Positions 1 to 8,596 are shown, counted from the stretch's first letter. The stretch: DNA of 32,000 nt from Kiritimatiella glycovorans (GCF_001017655.1 NZ_CP010904.1:60001-92000), one strand, 5' to 3'. Notes: generated from the letters alone by a model not told the origin. Made by a program: numbers and translations.

Positions 1-885
1 GGCATCCTGTGCGGAACGCAGGCGGGCAAGGTCAAGGCCCTGTTCAACGATCAGGGGCAGGCGATCGGGGAGGCCGGTCCCGCCAGCGCCGTGCAGGTGC
101 TCGGGCTCAACGGCGTTCCGGAAGCCGGGGACATGTTCGACGTCTATAAGAACGAACGCGAGGCGCAGAAAGTCGCCGACGAGCTGGTGGAGGAAGAGTC
201 TGCGGGATCAGGCGCGGGCGAGCAGCAGAAGAAGCTCTCGCTCGAAGACCTGTTCGGCGGCGGCGAAGAGACGAAAGAGCTCCCGCTGGTGGTCAAGGCC
301 GATGTGCAGGGTTCGCTCGAGGCGGTCTGCCAGTCGCTTGAGAATATCAAGAGCGATAAGGTGAAGATCAAATTCATCCTGACCGGTGTGGGCAATGTGA
401 CCGGTAACGACGTCATGCTCGCGAGCGCATCGAACGCCATCATCATCGGGTTCCACGTGGGCGTCGAGAGCGGGGTCCGCGGCACGGCGGAACGTGAGGG
501 CGTGGAGGTGCGCCTCTACAGCATCATCTACGAACTCCTCGAACAGGTCGAGGCCGCCATGAAGGGCATGCTCGAGCCCGAGCAGCGCGAGCGCGCCCTC
601 GGCAGGGCCGAGATCCGCCAGATCTTCACCATCGGCAAGCGCGCCCGCGTGGCGGGCTGCCTGGTTTCCGAGGGACGCATTCCCGCCCGCAGCCGTGTCC
701 GCGTCCTGCGGGGCGGCGATGTCGTCTACGAGGGCCGGATCGTCTCGCTCAAGCACTACCAGAACGACGCCTCGGAAATACGCCACGGACAGGAGTGCGG
801 GATCCAGCTCGACAATCCGGACTCCTTCCAGGAAGGCGACATGATCGAGGCCTTCGAAGTGGAACGGATCGCGCCCGAACTCTGA
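1..885 (+). CDS. infB: Translation initiation factor IF-2, C-terminal portion (5' end lies outside the window)
   Basis: Frame 1 is open from nt 1. The translation (..GKVKALFNDQGQAIGEAGPASAVQVLGLNGVPEAGD.. LPLVVKADVQGSLEA.. IIGFHV.. ECGIQL..) matches the conserved IF-2 domain III/C1/C2 layout. It is followed by rbfA-truB, the canonical operon order. Confidence 0.9.
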   Translation, partial: GILCGTQAGKVKALFNDQGQAIGEAGPASAVQVLGLNGVPEAGDMFDVYKNEREAQKVADELVEEESAGSGAGEQQKKLSLEDLFGGGEETKELPLVVKADVQGSLEAVCQSLENIKSDKVKIKFILTGVGNVTGNDVMLASASNAIIIGFHVGVESGVRGTAEREGVEVRLYSIIYELLEQVEAAMKGMLEPEQRERALGRAEIRQIFTIGKRARVAGCLVSEGRIPARSRVRVLRGGDVVYEGRIVSLKHYQNDASEIRHGQECGIQLDNPDSFQEGDMIEAFEVERIAPEL

Positions 886-920
886 TTCGCCGGCGCGGTC
901 GCAACGGCGGTCGGGATACT

Positions 921-1337
921 ATGGGTTCGCAACGCATGATCCGGGTCAACGAGCTGCTCAAACGGCAGATCTCGGAAGACCTCTACCATCTCCATAATCC
1001 GCCCGTTAAGCCGGGCGAGATCACCGTGACCCGTGTGGACACCAGTGCCGATCTGCGCCAGGCGCGGGTCTATATCTCGGTGATCCAGGGGGAGGAGAAG
1101 CGGCAGCAGGCCGTGGACTACCTCAACAAACGTCACGGGGAGCTGCAGCGGCTCGTCATGAAGCGCGTCAGGCTGAAGTATACGCCGCGCTTCGAATTCG
1201 AGGCCGATCCCACCCTGGAGGAGGGCGACCGCGTGTTGAAACTGCTGGAAGAAATGGAAGAGTCCGGCGGGTCCAGCCCGCCGGAAAAGCCGGACCCGTT
1301 CGACCTGCCGGACGCTTCAGACAGGGGGAACTCATGA
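921..1337 (+). CDS. rbfA: Ribosome-binding factor A
   Basis: From the ATG at 921 the product reads MGSQRMIRVNELLKRQISEDL..ITVTRVDTSADLRQARVYISV..LKYTPRFEFEAD, typical RbfA. The 795 start in the ORF track adds an Arg/Gly-rich extension that overlaps infB and is unlikely. The stop overlaps the truB ATG (ATGA). Confidence 0.85.
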   Translation: MGSQRMIRVNELLKRQISEDLYHLHNPPVKPGEITVTRVDTSADLRQARVYISVIQGEEKRQQAVDYLNKRHGELQRLVMKRVRLKYTPRFEFEADPTLEEGDRVLKLLEEMEESGGSSPPEKPDPFDLPDASDRGNS

Positions 1338-2095
1338 CTCGCCGGGAACGATCGCGTAAAGGACCGCCGCGCACGGATCCGTGCGAGGGCCTGCTGCTGG
1401 TCGATAAGCCCGCGGACTGGACCTCCCACGACGTGGTCGCCAAGGTCCGCAATCATTTCCGGCTTCGTAAGGCAGGTCACGGGGGCACGCTCGATCCGAT
1501 GGCCACGGGACTGCTGGTACTGCTGATCGGTCGCGGCACCAAACTGGCGCCGTACATGACCGGCGCCGACAAGGAATACGAGGGCGTCATGCTGCTGGGA
1601 CGGACGACCGACAGCCATGACCGGCAGGGCAAGACCCTGGAGGAGCGGCCGTACGATACCGTTACCCGCGAGGCGCTGGAGAACGAGACGGCGAAATTCA
1701 TCGGCGAGATCGAGCAGATCCCCCCGATGGTCTCTGCAAAAAAACAGTCCGGCGTTCCCCTCTACAAGCTGGCCCGGAAAGGACAGGAGGTGGAGCGCGA
1801 GGCGAGAAGCCTGCGGATCGACCGCTTCGAACTTAAATCGTTCGACCCCCCGCACGTATCCTTTGAGCTGCGGTGTTCCAAGGGCACCTATGTACGGACG
1901 CTGGTGCATGACATGGGCGAAGGGCTGGGATGCGGCGCCTGCCTGAACGACCTGCGGCGCCTGGCCTCCGGCTCGCTCCGCGTGGAAGACGCGCACACGC
2001 TGGAAACGGTGCTGCAGCACGACCGTCAGAGTCTCCGCGACATCATGATCACGCTCGACCGGCTCGACCCCGAACGGCTGAAGGAAGGATGCTGA
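1334..2095 (+). CDS. truB: tRNA pseudouridine(55) synthase TruB
   Basis: GLLLVDKPADWTSHDVV..KAGHGGTLDPMATGLLVLLIG (catalytic Asp motif), QIPPMVSAKK, and the position after rbfA. Confidence 0.9.
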   Translation: MTRRERSRKGPPRTDPCEGLLLVDKPADWTSHDVVAKVRNHFRLRKAGHGGTLDPMATGLLVLLIGRGTKLAPYMTGADKEYEGVMLLGRTTDSHDRQGKTLEERPYDTVTREALENETAKFIGEIEQIPPMVSAKKQSGVPLYKLARKGQEVEREARSLRIDRFELKSFDPPHVSFELRCSKGTYVRTLVHDMGEGLGCGACLNDLRRLASGSLRVEDAHTLETVLQHDRQSLRDIMITLDRLDPERLKEGC

Positions 2096-3012
2096 CCCGG
2101 GAGACATCGTTCAGTTCCGCTCCCGGGAACGGGCCGCTCACCTTTGCGGCGGGATGCTTTGACGGAGTTCACCTGGGACACCGCGCCGTTATTGACGCCG
2201 CGCGCCGGCGGGCCGGCGAGACGGGCGGCCGGGCGCGCGTGCTGACGTTTACCCCGCATCCGGCCCGGGTGCTCAATCCCAACGCCGCCCCGCCGCTGCT
2301 CGACGCCCCCTCCACGCGGATGCGTCTGTTCCGCGAGACGGGCGTGGACGGCGTGGACGAACTGAAGTTCGATCCCGCCTTCGCACGGCTCGGACCCGGA
2401 GAGTTCCTCGATCGGCTATGCGCCCGGTGGCCCGCTCTAGAGTCCCTGGCGGTCGGGAGCGACTGGACCTTCGGCCGGCGTGCCGACGGCGATGTGGGCC
2501 GCCTGCGAGAGGAGGCCTCGAGCCGCGGGATCCGCGTGATCGCCGTCGAGCCCGTGCTTCATGAAGGAACGCGGATTTCCAGCACACGCATCCGGCGCGA
2601 GGTCCGGGAGGGCCGCATGGAGGAGGCCGCGGCCATGCTGGGCCGCCCGTTTGCCATCGCCGGACGCGTCGTGCGGGGCGACGGGCGCGGACGCAGCCTC
2701 GGCTATCCCACCGCAAACGTCGAGCCGCGCAACGGCGTCCGCCCGCCGCCCGGCATCTATGCCGGTCGCGCGTGCCTCGGGCACACCCTCCGGCCCGCCG
2801 CCGTCTACCTCGGCAGCCGGCGCACGTTCCATCGTAACGGCGGGCGGGTGATGGAGGTCCACCTCCTCGAAGACCGGCCCGACCTTTACGATACGGAGCT
2901 GGAGACCGAACTTATCCGCAGGATTCGCGACGACGCACGGTTCGAGTCCCCGCAGGCTCTCCAGCGGCGTATCGCGCGGGATCTCGACGAAATCCGCGCC
3001 GTGCTGGGCTGA
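2089..3012 (+). CDS. ribF: Bifunctional riboflavin kinase / FMN adenylyltransferase
   Basis: The ATG at 2089 overlaps the truB stop. N-terminal FAAGCFDGVHLGHRAVI (FAD synthetase nucleotidyltransferase motif). C-terminal GRVVRGDGRGRSLGYPTANV .. EVHLLE..DLYD (riboflavin kinase). The 1930 start in the track is an overlapping Arg/Pro-rich extension. Confidence 0.85.
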   Translation: MLTRETSFSSAPGNGPLTFAAGCFDGVHLGHRAVIDAARRRAGETGGRARVLTFTPHPARVLNPNAAPPLLDAPSTRMRLFRETGVDGVDELKFDPAFARLGPGEFLDRLCARWPALESLAVGSDWTFGRRADGDVGRLREEASSRGIRVIAVEPVLHEGTRISSTRIRREVREGRMEEAAAMLGRPFAIAGRVVRGDGRGRSLGYPTANVEPRNGVRPPPGIYAGRACLGHTLRPAAVYLGSRRTFHRNGGRVMEVHLLEDRPDLYDTELETELIRRIRDDARFESPQALQRRIARDLDEIRAVLG

Positions 3013-3086
3013 GCGCTCCGGTATCGTTTTTGAAACGTCCGCTCAAATCTGGGACACTTATTTTCAGCGAGAAAAGGAGTACTCCC

Positions 3087-5510
3087 ATGTCCCGGAATAA
3101 ACACGAACTCGAATCCGCAGACCTTCGCCGCGTATGTGATACAGCCCACCTTTCATTCGAGACCACCGCCGATCTCGATCCGCTTGAGGGCGTCGTGGGC
3201 CAGGAGCGCGCGCTGCGTTCCGTGTCGTTCGGGATCGATATCAGAAGTCCCGGCTATCACATGTTCGCGATGGGTCCCGTCGGCACCGGCAAGACGACCA
3301 CGATCAGGAAGTTCCTGGAGAACGATGCGTCCGGCCAGGAGCCGCCCGGCGACTGGATGTACGTCAATAATTTCGAGGATCCTGATCGACCGCGGACGCT
3401 CAGCCTGCCGGCGGGCCGCGGGCGGGAGTTCAAGGACGACATGGACGAGCTGGTGCACGAACTCCGCTCCGAGGTTCCCCAGGCTTTCGAGAAGGATGAG
3501 TACCGGAAGGAGCAGGAGCGGCTTCAGCAGGAGTTCGAGCAGAAGCGCAAACAGCTCTTTGAGGCACTGGAAAAAGAGGCGCAACAGCGCAACTTCCGGA
3601 TCGTCCAGTCCGCGCAGGGAATCGTCCTGTCGCCGGTAAAAGACGGAGAAACGCTCAGTCCGGAGCAGATCAGCAATCTCGACGAGCAGACGCAGGAGCA
3701 GATCAGGTCTGCGAGGGAGGAGCTGCAGGGCAAGCTGCGCGACACGATGCGTGAGGCGCAGAAGCTTCAGCAGCAGGCCAGAGAAAAGATCAGGGAACTT
3801 GACCGGCAGGTGGTCGGTTCCGCGGTCGGACACCGGATCGACCAACTCAAGGAACAGTACGCCGATTTCGAGCACATCAGCGAATTTCTCGACGAGGTGC
3901 GCGACCATATTCTCAAGAACGTCGACGCGTTCAAACAGCTCAAGCAGATGGAGCAGATGAACCCGCAGCAGCGCGCGATGCAGGCGATGATGCAGGGCGG
4001 CGGGAAGACGCCGGATTTCAGCGAATACCGCATCAATCTCCTGGTCGACAACAGCGCGCGCGAGGGCGCGCCCGTGGTGCTTGAGCTCAACCCCAGCCAT
4101 CCCAACCTGATCGGGCGTATCGAGCATACCTCGCAGTTCGGGGCGCTGGTGACCGACTTCAGCATGATCAAGGCCGGTGCGCTGCACCGCGCGAACGGAG
4201 GGTATCTCATGGTCGAGGCGATCGACGTCCTGACGCGCCCCTTCGCCTGGCAGTCGCTGAAGCAGGCCATCAAGAACGGCGAGATTCATATCGAGTCGCT
4301 GGGCGAGCAGTTCAGCGCCATGACGACGCGCTCGCTGAAGCCCGAACCCGTACCGCTGAACCTCAAGGTTATCATGGTCGGCGATCCGATGATTTATCAG
4401 CTTCTGTACCAGCTCGACCGCGACTTCCAGGAGCTGTTCAAGGTCAAGGCCGACTTCGCGACCGATATGGAATGGGACGACCAGGCATGCGAGAGTTATG
4501 CGCGTTTCGTCGCCACCATCTGCCGGGAAGAACACCTGCGTCACTTCGATCCCTCCGGAGTGGCGAAAGTAGTGGAGCGCGGCTCGCGTCTGTGCAGTCA
4601 TCAACGGAAAGTGGCCACAAAGTTCGGCGATGTGGTCGACCTGATCCGCCAGAGCAGTTACTGGGCGGGCCGTAACGGGAGCGATACGGTGTCCGGTGAG
4701 GACGTGCGCCGGGCCGTCGATGAGATGATCTACCGTTCAAACCGCATCGAGGAGCGGTTGCGTGAACTGATCGAGGACGAGACGATCCTGATCGATACGG
4801 AAGGCCGCGCTCCGGGGCAGGTCAACGGCCTCGGTGTGATTATGCTGGGCGACTACATGTTCGGGAAACCCTCGCGCATCACGGCCCGCGCCTGGCCCGG
4901 CAAATCCGGTGTGGTCAGCATCGATCGCGAAACTGAACTCGGGGGGAAAATCCACAACAAGGGCGCGATGATCCTCAGCGGGTACCTGGGCGGAAAATAC
5001 GCGGACGACATGCCCCTTACCCTGGCGGCAAGCATTACGTTCGAGCAGTCGTATGAAGGCATCGATGGCGACAGCGCGAGTTCGACGGAACTCTATGCGC
5101 TGCTGTCTGAACTTTCGGGCTTCCCCCTCCGCCAGGATCTCGCCGTTACGGGTTCGGTCAATCAGCGGGGGCGGATCCAGGCCATCGGCGGGGTCAACGA
5201 GAAGATCGAGGGCTTTTACGATGTCTGCCGGTTAAAGGATCCGGCCGGCAGTCAGGGTGTGCTGATCCCGGAAAGCAATGTCAAACACCTGATGTTGCGG
5301 GAGGACGTGGTCGAAGCGGTCGGACGCGGCGAGTTCCACATCTATCCGGTGTCGACGATCGATGAAGGCATCGCCATCCTTACGGGAAAAGAGGCGGGCG
5401 AAAAGCACGAGGACGGATCATGGCCGAAAGATACGGTCAATGGCGCTGTGTATGCGCGGCTGCGTGAACTCGCACAGAAGATAAAAAACTTCGCAAGCGG
5501 CGAAGGCTGA
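3087..5510 (+). CDS. Lon-related AAA+ serine protease with a long coiled-coil insertion (LonC-like)
   Basis: AAAGGAG lies 7 nt before the ATG at 3087. Walker A is GPVGTGKTT. There is a roughly 200-aa charged coiled-coil insertion (EQERLQQEFEQKRKQL.. QQQAREKIRELDRQ). The C-terminal Lon S16 protease fold has the Ser (IDGDSASSTEL) and Lys (GGVNEKIEGF) dyad. The Walker B position reads GGYLMVEAID, with no DE pair. Confidence 0.8.
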   Translation: MSRNKHELESADLRRVCDTAHLSFETTADLDPLEGVVGQERALRSVSFGIDIRSPGYHMFAMGPVGTGKTTTIRKFLENDASGQEPPGDWMYVNNFEDPDRPRTLSLPAGRGREFKDDMDELVHELRSEVPQAFEKDEYRKEQERLQQEFEQKRKQLFEALEKEAQQRNFRIVQSAQGIVLSPVKDGETLSPEQISNLDEQTQEQIRSAREELQGKLRDTMREAQKLQQQAREKIRELDRQVVGSAVGHRIDQLKEQYADFEHISEFLDEVRDHILKNVDAFKQLKQMEQMNPQQRAMQAMMQGGGKTPDFSEYRINLLVDNSAREGAPVVLELNPSHPNLIGRIEHTSQFGALVTDFSMIKAGALHRANGGYLMVEAIDVLTRPFAWQSLKQAIKNGEIHIESLGEQFSAMTTRSLKPEPVPLNLKVIMVGDPMIYQLLYQLDRDFQELFKVKADFATDMEWDDQACESYARFVATICREEHLRHFDPSGVAKVVERGSRLCSHQRKVATKFGDVVDLIRQSSYWAGRNGSDTVSGEDVRRAVDEMIYRSNRIEERLRELIEDETILIDTEGRAPGQVNGLGVIMLGDYMFGKPSRITARAWPGKSGVVSIDRETELGGKIHNKGAMILSGYLGGKYADDMPLTLAASITFEQSYEGIDGDSASSTELYALLSELSGFPLRQDLAVTGSVNQRGRIQAIGGVNEKIEGFYDVCRLKDPAGSQGVLIPESNVKHLMLREDVVEAVGRGEFHIYPVSTIDEGIAILTGKEAGEKHEDGSWPKDTVNGAVYARLRELAQKIKNFASGEG

Positions 5511-5541
5511 GAGAGAAGCCGGGGCGGGTACCGCCATATCT

Positions 5542-6573
5542 TCACCCCGTCGCCAGCATGATCATGGCGGCAACGTAGATCACCAGCACCAGCACGCTCT
5601 CGAAGCCGATATTGCCGATGCCGCGCTTCTCGCGGCGCAGGAGTCCAAGCAGCAGCACCCCGGTCATCAGGATCGTCACCGAAATCAGCAGGGCGTGGCG
5701 GCTCGTCATCGCGGCATAGATCGCGCCGGGGCGGAACGCCATGTCGGCGCCGGCAAGGAAAAGCATGTCGAAGCTGTTGCCGCCGATGATATTGCCCACC
5801 GCCAGGGTGAGTGCGCCGCGTCGCACGGCGGCCACGGACGTGATCAGCTCGGGAAGCGAGGTGACGACGGCGGTCAGCAGGGCACCGACGAACGTTTCCG
5901 AGAGGCCGGTCCGCTCTGAGATTTCCACTCCGGTGCGCATAATGAGCATGCCCGCCAGAAGCAGGACGGCGGCGCAGACGGAAAACTCGATCCAGAGACG
6001 TCGTTTCGTGCGCGATGTCGCCCCGGCCCCGCCCGGGTCTTCCCGTGTCTCTTCGGTACGCCGTGCGCGCCACATCGGCTGGCGTCGGCCGCGCATGACG
6101 ACGCGCATTCCGAACAGGTAGGCGGCCGCCAGGATGATCGAGCCCGGGTGCACCCCGGCGATGGAACTTTGCGGCGCGGAACGGAACACCAGCGGAAGCG
6201 CCAGTAGCACAATCAGCAGCGCCCCCTGGAGAAGATTCTCCAGGGAGGCCGCGGCGTGCTCAAGATTGACCCCGCGGTAGACGGCATCCGCGACGGCCAG
6301 GAAAAAGGTCTGGACCGCAATGCCGCCGATCGCGTTGCTGATCGCGAGATCCGGGTGCCCGCCGGCCGCCGCGGCCACAGACGTCACCAGGCCGGAAAGG
6401 GACGTGCTTCCGCCCAGCAAAACCGCCCCGAATATCGCCTCTCCCCATCCCGTCACATCGGCCAGCCGGTCGGCGGTGCCGGATATGCGCGTGCCCGTGA
6501 CGGCGATCGCCGCGCCCGCGCCGGCGAAGAGCAGCACGATCGCTTCCATCGGCCACTGGGCAACGTTCAGCAT
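5542..6573 (-). CDS. Sodium/calcium (CaCA, YrbG-like) cation antiporter
   Basis: Polytopic membrane protein with two internal alpha-repeat-like motifs (GEAIFGAVLLGGSTSLSGLVTS and GALLTAVVTSLPELITSV; GNIIGGNSFD). The start is placed at the ATG at 6573, preceded by GGAGG. The 6606 start would run into repeat copy A. Confidence 0.75.
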   Translation of the reverse strand: MLNVAQWPMEAIVLLFAGAGAAIAVTGTRISGTADRLADVTGWGEAIFGAVLLGGSTSLSGLVTSVAAAAGGHPDLAISNAIGGIAVQTFFLAVADAVYRGVNLEHAAASLENLLQGALLIVLLALPLVFRSAPQSSIAGVHPGSIILAAAYLFGMRVVMRGRRQPMWRARRTEETREDPGGAGATSRTKRRLWIEFSVCAAVLLLAGMLIMRTGVEISERTGLSETFVGALLTAVVTSLPELITSVAAVRRGALTLAVGNIIGGNSFDMLFLAGADMAFRPGAIYAAMTSRHALLISVTILMTGVLLLGLLRREKRGIGNIGFESVLVLVIYVAAMIMLATG

Positions 6574-6627
6574 CTCCGGACCTCCGTAGGGTTCAACTAT
6601 GAGCATTGTACAGAAGCCTCGTCCGGA

Positions 6628-6830
6628 GCGAAATCGCTAACGGGATCGGGATTGACCATGAAGGGCACGAAGAGCATGAAGGTTGGCTGAGGGGCTGAAC
6701 ATAATTCGTACTCGTACACGTACGCATACACGGAGCGCCGAAGGCGCGATCCCACTCCCCCCCCTGTTCAAGGAAATCGAGTACGAGTATCGCTTCGCTG
6801 AGTACACGTACGTTGTGACGCCAGCGGATT
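6628..6830 (+). repeat. Modular intergenic repeat, copy A, reference orientation (9-bp-unit box with micro-ORF, hexamer arms, hairpin core, L2 end)
   Basis: Box CCATGAAGGGCACGAAGAGCATGAAGGTTGGCTGAGG at 6656-6692. (CGTACN)n arm from about 6707. Core GGAGCGCCGAAGGCGCGATCCC at 6732-6753. Opposite arm CGAGTACGAGTAT..GAGTACACGTACG. End motif GTTGTGACGCCAGCGGATT. These modules align with copies at about 8.65-8.90, 14.40-14.58 and 18.40-18.70 kb, which are in reverse orientation. Confidence 0.85.
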
Positions 6831-6898
6831 ACCCGTCGCTCACCGCAAAATTTACGCGGAACCCAAAAGCCGGGGAATGTGCCGTTCCGGAGATTTAT

Positions 6899-6927
6899 TT
6901 GGACACCGGCGGATGGAGTCTTATACT
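6899..6927 (+). promoter_or_regulatory. Candidate sigma70-type promoter for pyrG (TTGGAC-N17-TATACT)
   Basis: TTGGAC at 6899-6904, a 17-nt spacer, TATACT at 6922-6927, about 50 nt upstream of the pyrG ATG. Motif match only. Confidence 0.35.
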
Positions 6928-6976
6928 GGAGCCCCGTAATGTGCGGCAGCGAAATCTTTGAACTCCGGAAGGATGC

Positions 6977-8593
6977 ATGACGAAATACGTTTTCATTACG
7001 GGAGGGGTGGTATCCAGTCTCGGCAAGGGCATTACGGCGGCCTCCATCGGCCGCCTTCTCATTAATCGCGGATTGAGCATCCGCATGGTAAAGGTCGATC
7101 CGTATCTCAATATCGATCCGGGGACGATGAGTCCGTACCAGCACGGCGAGGTCTATGTGACCGAAGACGGTGCGGAGACCGATCTCGACCTCGGCCATTA
7201 CGAGCGCTACACCGGACAGCCCACCTCGCAGAAGAGCAACATCACCGCCGGCCGCGTCTACTGGGAGGTGCTGCAGAAGGAGCGGCGCGGGGATTTCCTC
7301 GGCGGCACGGTGCAGATGATTCCGCACATCTCCAACGAGATCAAACGCCAGATCCGTTCGCTGGAGGAAGAGGAGCCCGACGTCGTGCTGGTCGAACTGG
7401 GCGGGACGGTCGGCGATATCGAGGGGCTGATCTTTCTCGAGGCGTTGCGCCAGCTCGGTCTCGAAGTGGGCCGCGAAAACTCCCTCTTTCTTCACCTCAC
7501 CTACGTGCCATTCATTCACGCCGCGCAGGAGGTCAAGACCAAGCCGACCCAGCAGAGCGTAGCGAAACTGCGCGAGATCGGAATCATTCCGCACGTACTC
7601 GTATGCCGCACCGAGGTCGATCTCAACGAAGAGGTGATGACCAAGCTCGCCCTTTTCTGCAACGTTCCCCGCGAGTGCGTGCTCATGGAACGCGACGTCG
7701 AGCACTCCATTTACGAGGTTCCGCTGATGCTCGCCGAGCAGGGCCTGGACGAGATTATCCTCAATCATTTCCGTGTCGCGCGGCCTACGAAGAGGCTCAC
7801 CGACTGGGAGCGGCTCATCCAGGTGATCCGGCAGCCGGAAGGTCACGTGAGGATAGGGGTTACCGGCAAATATTCCGAGCTGCAGGATGCCTATAAATCG
7901 ATCTACGAGGCCCTCGACCACGGGGCGTTCGCCGCGGGTTACGCCGTCGATCTGGTAAAAATCGCCGCCGAGGATTTCGAGGAGGACGAAGACAGCCTGA
8001 CGATCCTCGACAGTCTCGACGGCATCCTCGTCCCGGGCGGGTTCGGTTCGCGCGGCGTGGAGGGCAAGATCCGGGCCGTCCGTTACGCCCGGGAAAACGG
8101 CATCCCGTTTCTAGGCATCTGCCTCGGATTGCAGTGCGCCGTCATCGAATACGCCCGCCACGTCTGCGGACTTCCCGAGGCGCACACCACCGAGTTCGGG
8201 GACGAGACCCCCGACCCGGTCATCTGCCTGATGGAGGAGCAGAAATCGGTCAAAAACATGGGCGGGACCATGCGGCTGGGCGCCTGTCCCTGCCGCATTA
8301 CCAAGGGAACCCGCACCCATGCCGCGTACGGTCGTGAAAAGGTTTCCGAGCGTCACCGCCACCGCTATGAGGTCAACAACGATTACCGCGAGAGTCTGGA
8401 GAAGGGCGGCCTCACGCTGTCCGGCATCAATACGGAACTTGATCTGGTCGAGATGGTCGAGCTGGAGGATCACCCGTGGTTCGTCGCGACCCAGGCCCAC
8501 CCCGAGTTCAAGTCCCAGCCCATTCGCCCGCATCCGCTCTTCAGGGATTTCATCGCTGCCGCGATCGAATACGGCCGCGCAACAAAAGCGTAG
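6977..8593 (+). CDS. pyrG: CTP synthase
   Basis: MTKYVFITGGVVSSLGKGITAASIG.. (synthetase domain), GILVPGGFGSRG.., and the GICLGLQ glutaminase Cys motif. Full length, 538 aa. Confidence 0.95.
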   Translation: MTKYVFITGGVVSSLGKGITAASIGRLLINRGLSIRMVKVDPYLNIDPGTMSPYQHGEVYVTEDGAETDLDLGHYERYTGQPTSQKSNITAGRVYWEVLQKERRGDFLGGTVQMIPHISNEIKRQIRSLEEEEPDVVLVELGGTVGDIEGLIFLEALRQLGLEVGRENSLFLHLTYVPFIHAAQEVKTKPTQQSVAKLREIGIIPHVLVCRTEVDLNEEVMTKLALFCNVPRECVLMERDVEHSIYEVPLMLAEQGLDEIILNHFRVARPTKRLTDWERLIQVIRQPEGHVRIGVTGKYSELQDAYKSIYEALDHGAFAAGYAVDLVKIAAEDFEEDEDSLTILDSLDGILVPGGFGSRGVEGKIRAVRYARENGIPFLGICLGLQCAVIEYARHVCGLPEAHTTEFGDETPDPVICLMEEQKSVKNMGGTMRLGACPCRITKGTRTHAAYGREKVSERHRHRYEVNNDYRESLEKGGLTLSGINTELDLVEMVELEDHPWFVATQAHPEFKSQPIRPHPLFRDFIAAAIEYGRATKA

Positions 8594-8596
8594 AGA

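Noticed and set aside
795-920. 5' extensions offered by the ORF track: 795 for rbfA, 1930 for ribF, 3030 for lon-like, 12815 for GH5, 26846 for cinA, 28368 for the four-helix-bundle gene, 30939 for the MFS gene, 6606 for the antiporter.
   Set aside because: The extensions overlap upstream genes, a tRNA or repeat DNA. They are Arg/Pro/Gly-rich and lack an RBS. The internal ATGs coincide with conserved family N-termini, signal peptides and Shine-Dalgarno sequences.
3050-3066. TGGGAC-N-TTTTC upstream of the Lon-like gene, considered as a sigma54 -24/-12 promoter.
   Set aside because: The -12 GC dinucleotide is absent at the required GG-N10-GC spacing. It matches only the -24 half.
3153-4604. 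483-aa ORF antisense to the Lon-like gene. Similar long shadow ORFs: 1133-2107 (-), 6593-7921 (-), 8739-10001 (+), 11627-12670 (+), 12917-14335 (-), 20112-21680 (+), 24110-25720 (+), 29201-30382 (-), 30467-31555 (-).
   Set aside because: Each lies entirely opposite a gene with clear family motifs. The products are Arg/Ala/Gly/Pro/Leu-rich with no recognisable domains. Long open antisense frames are expected at this GC content.
6683-6961. ORFs running through the repeat copies (6683-6961 +, 8604-8861 -, 14404-14649 -, 18411-18659 -) that encode RTRTRT, VRVRVR, SKSESK and HEEHEG strings and the shared RSAEGAIP segment.
   Set aside because: The similarity is at the DNA level and extends beyond the frames. 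The period-6 arrays keep all frames open. The starts, stops and lengths are unrelated between copies. These are treated as repeat DNA, not a protein family. The tiny MK..MKVG frame is the one exception and is flagged separately.
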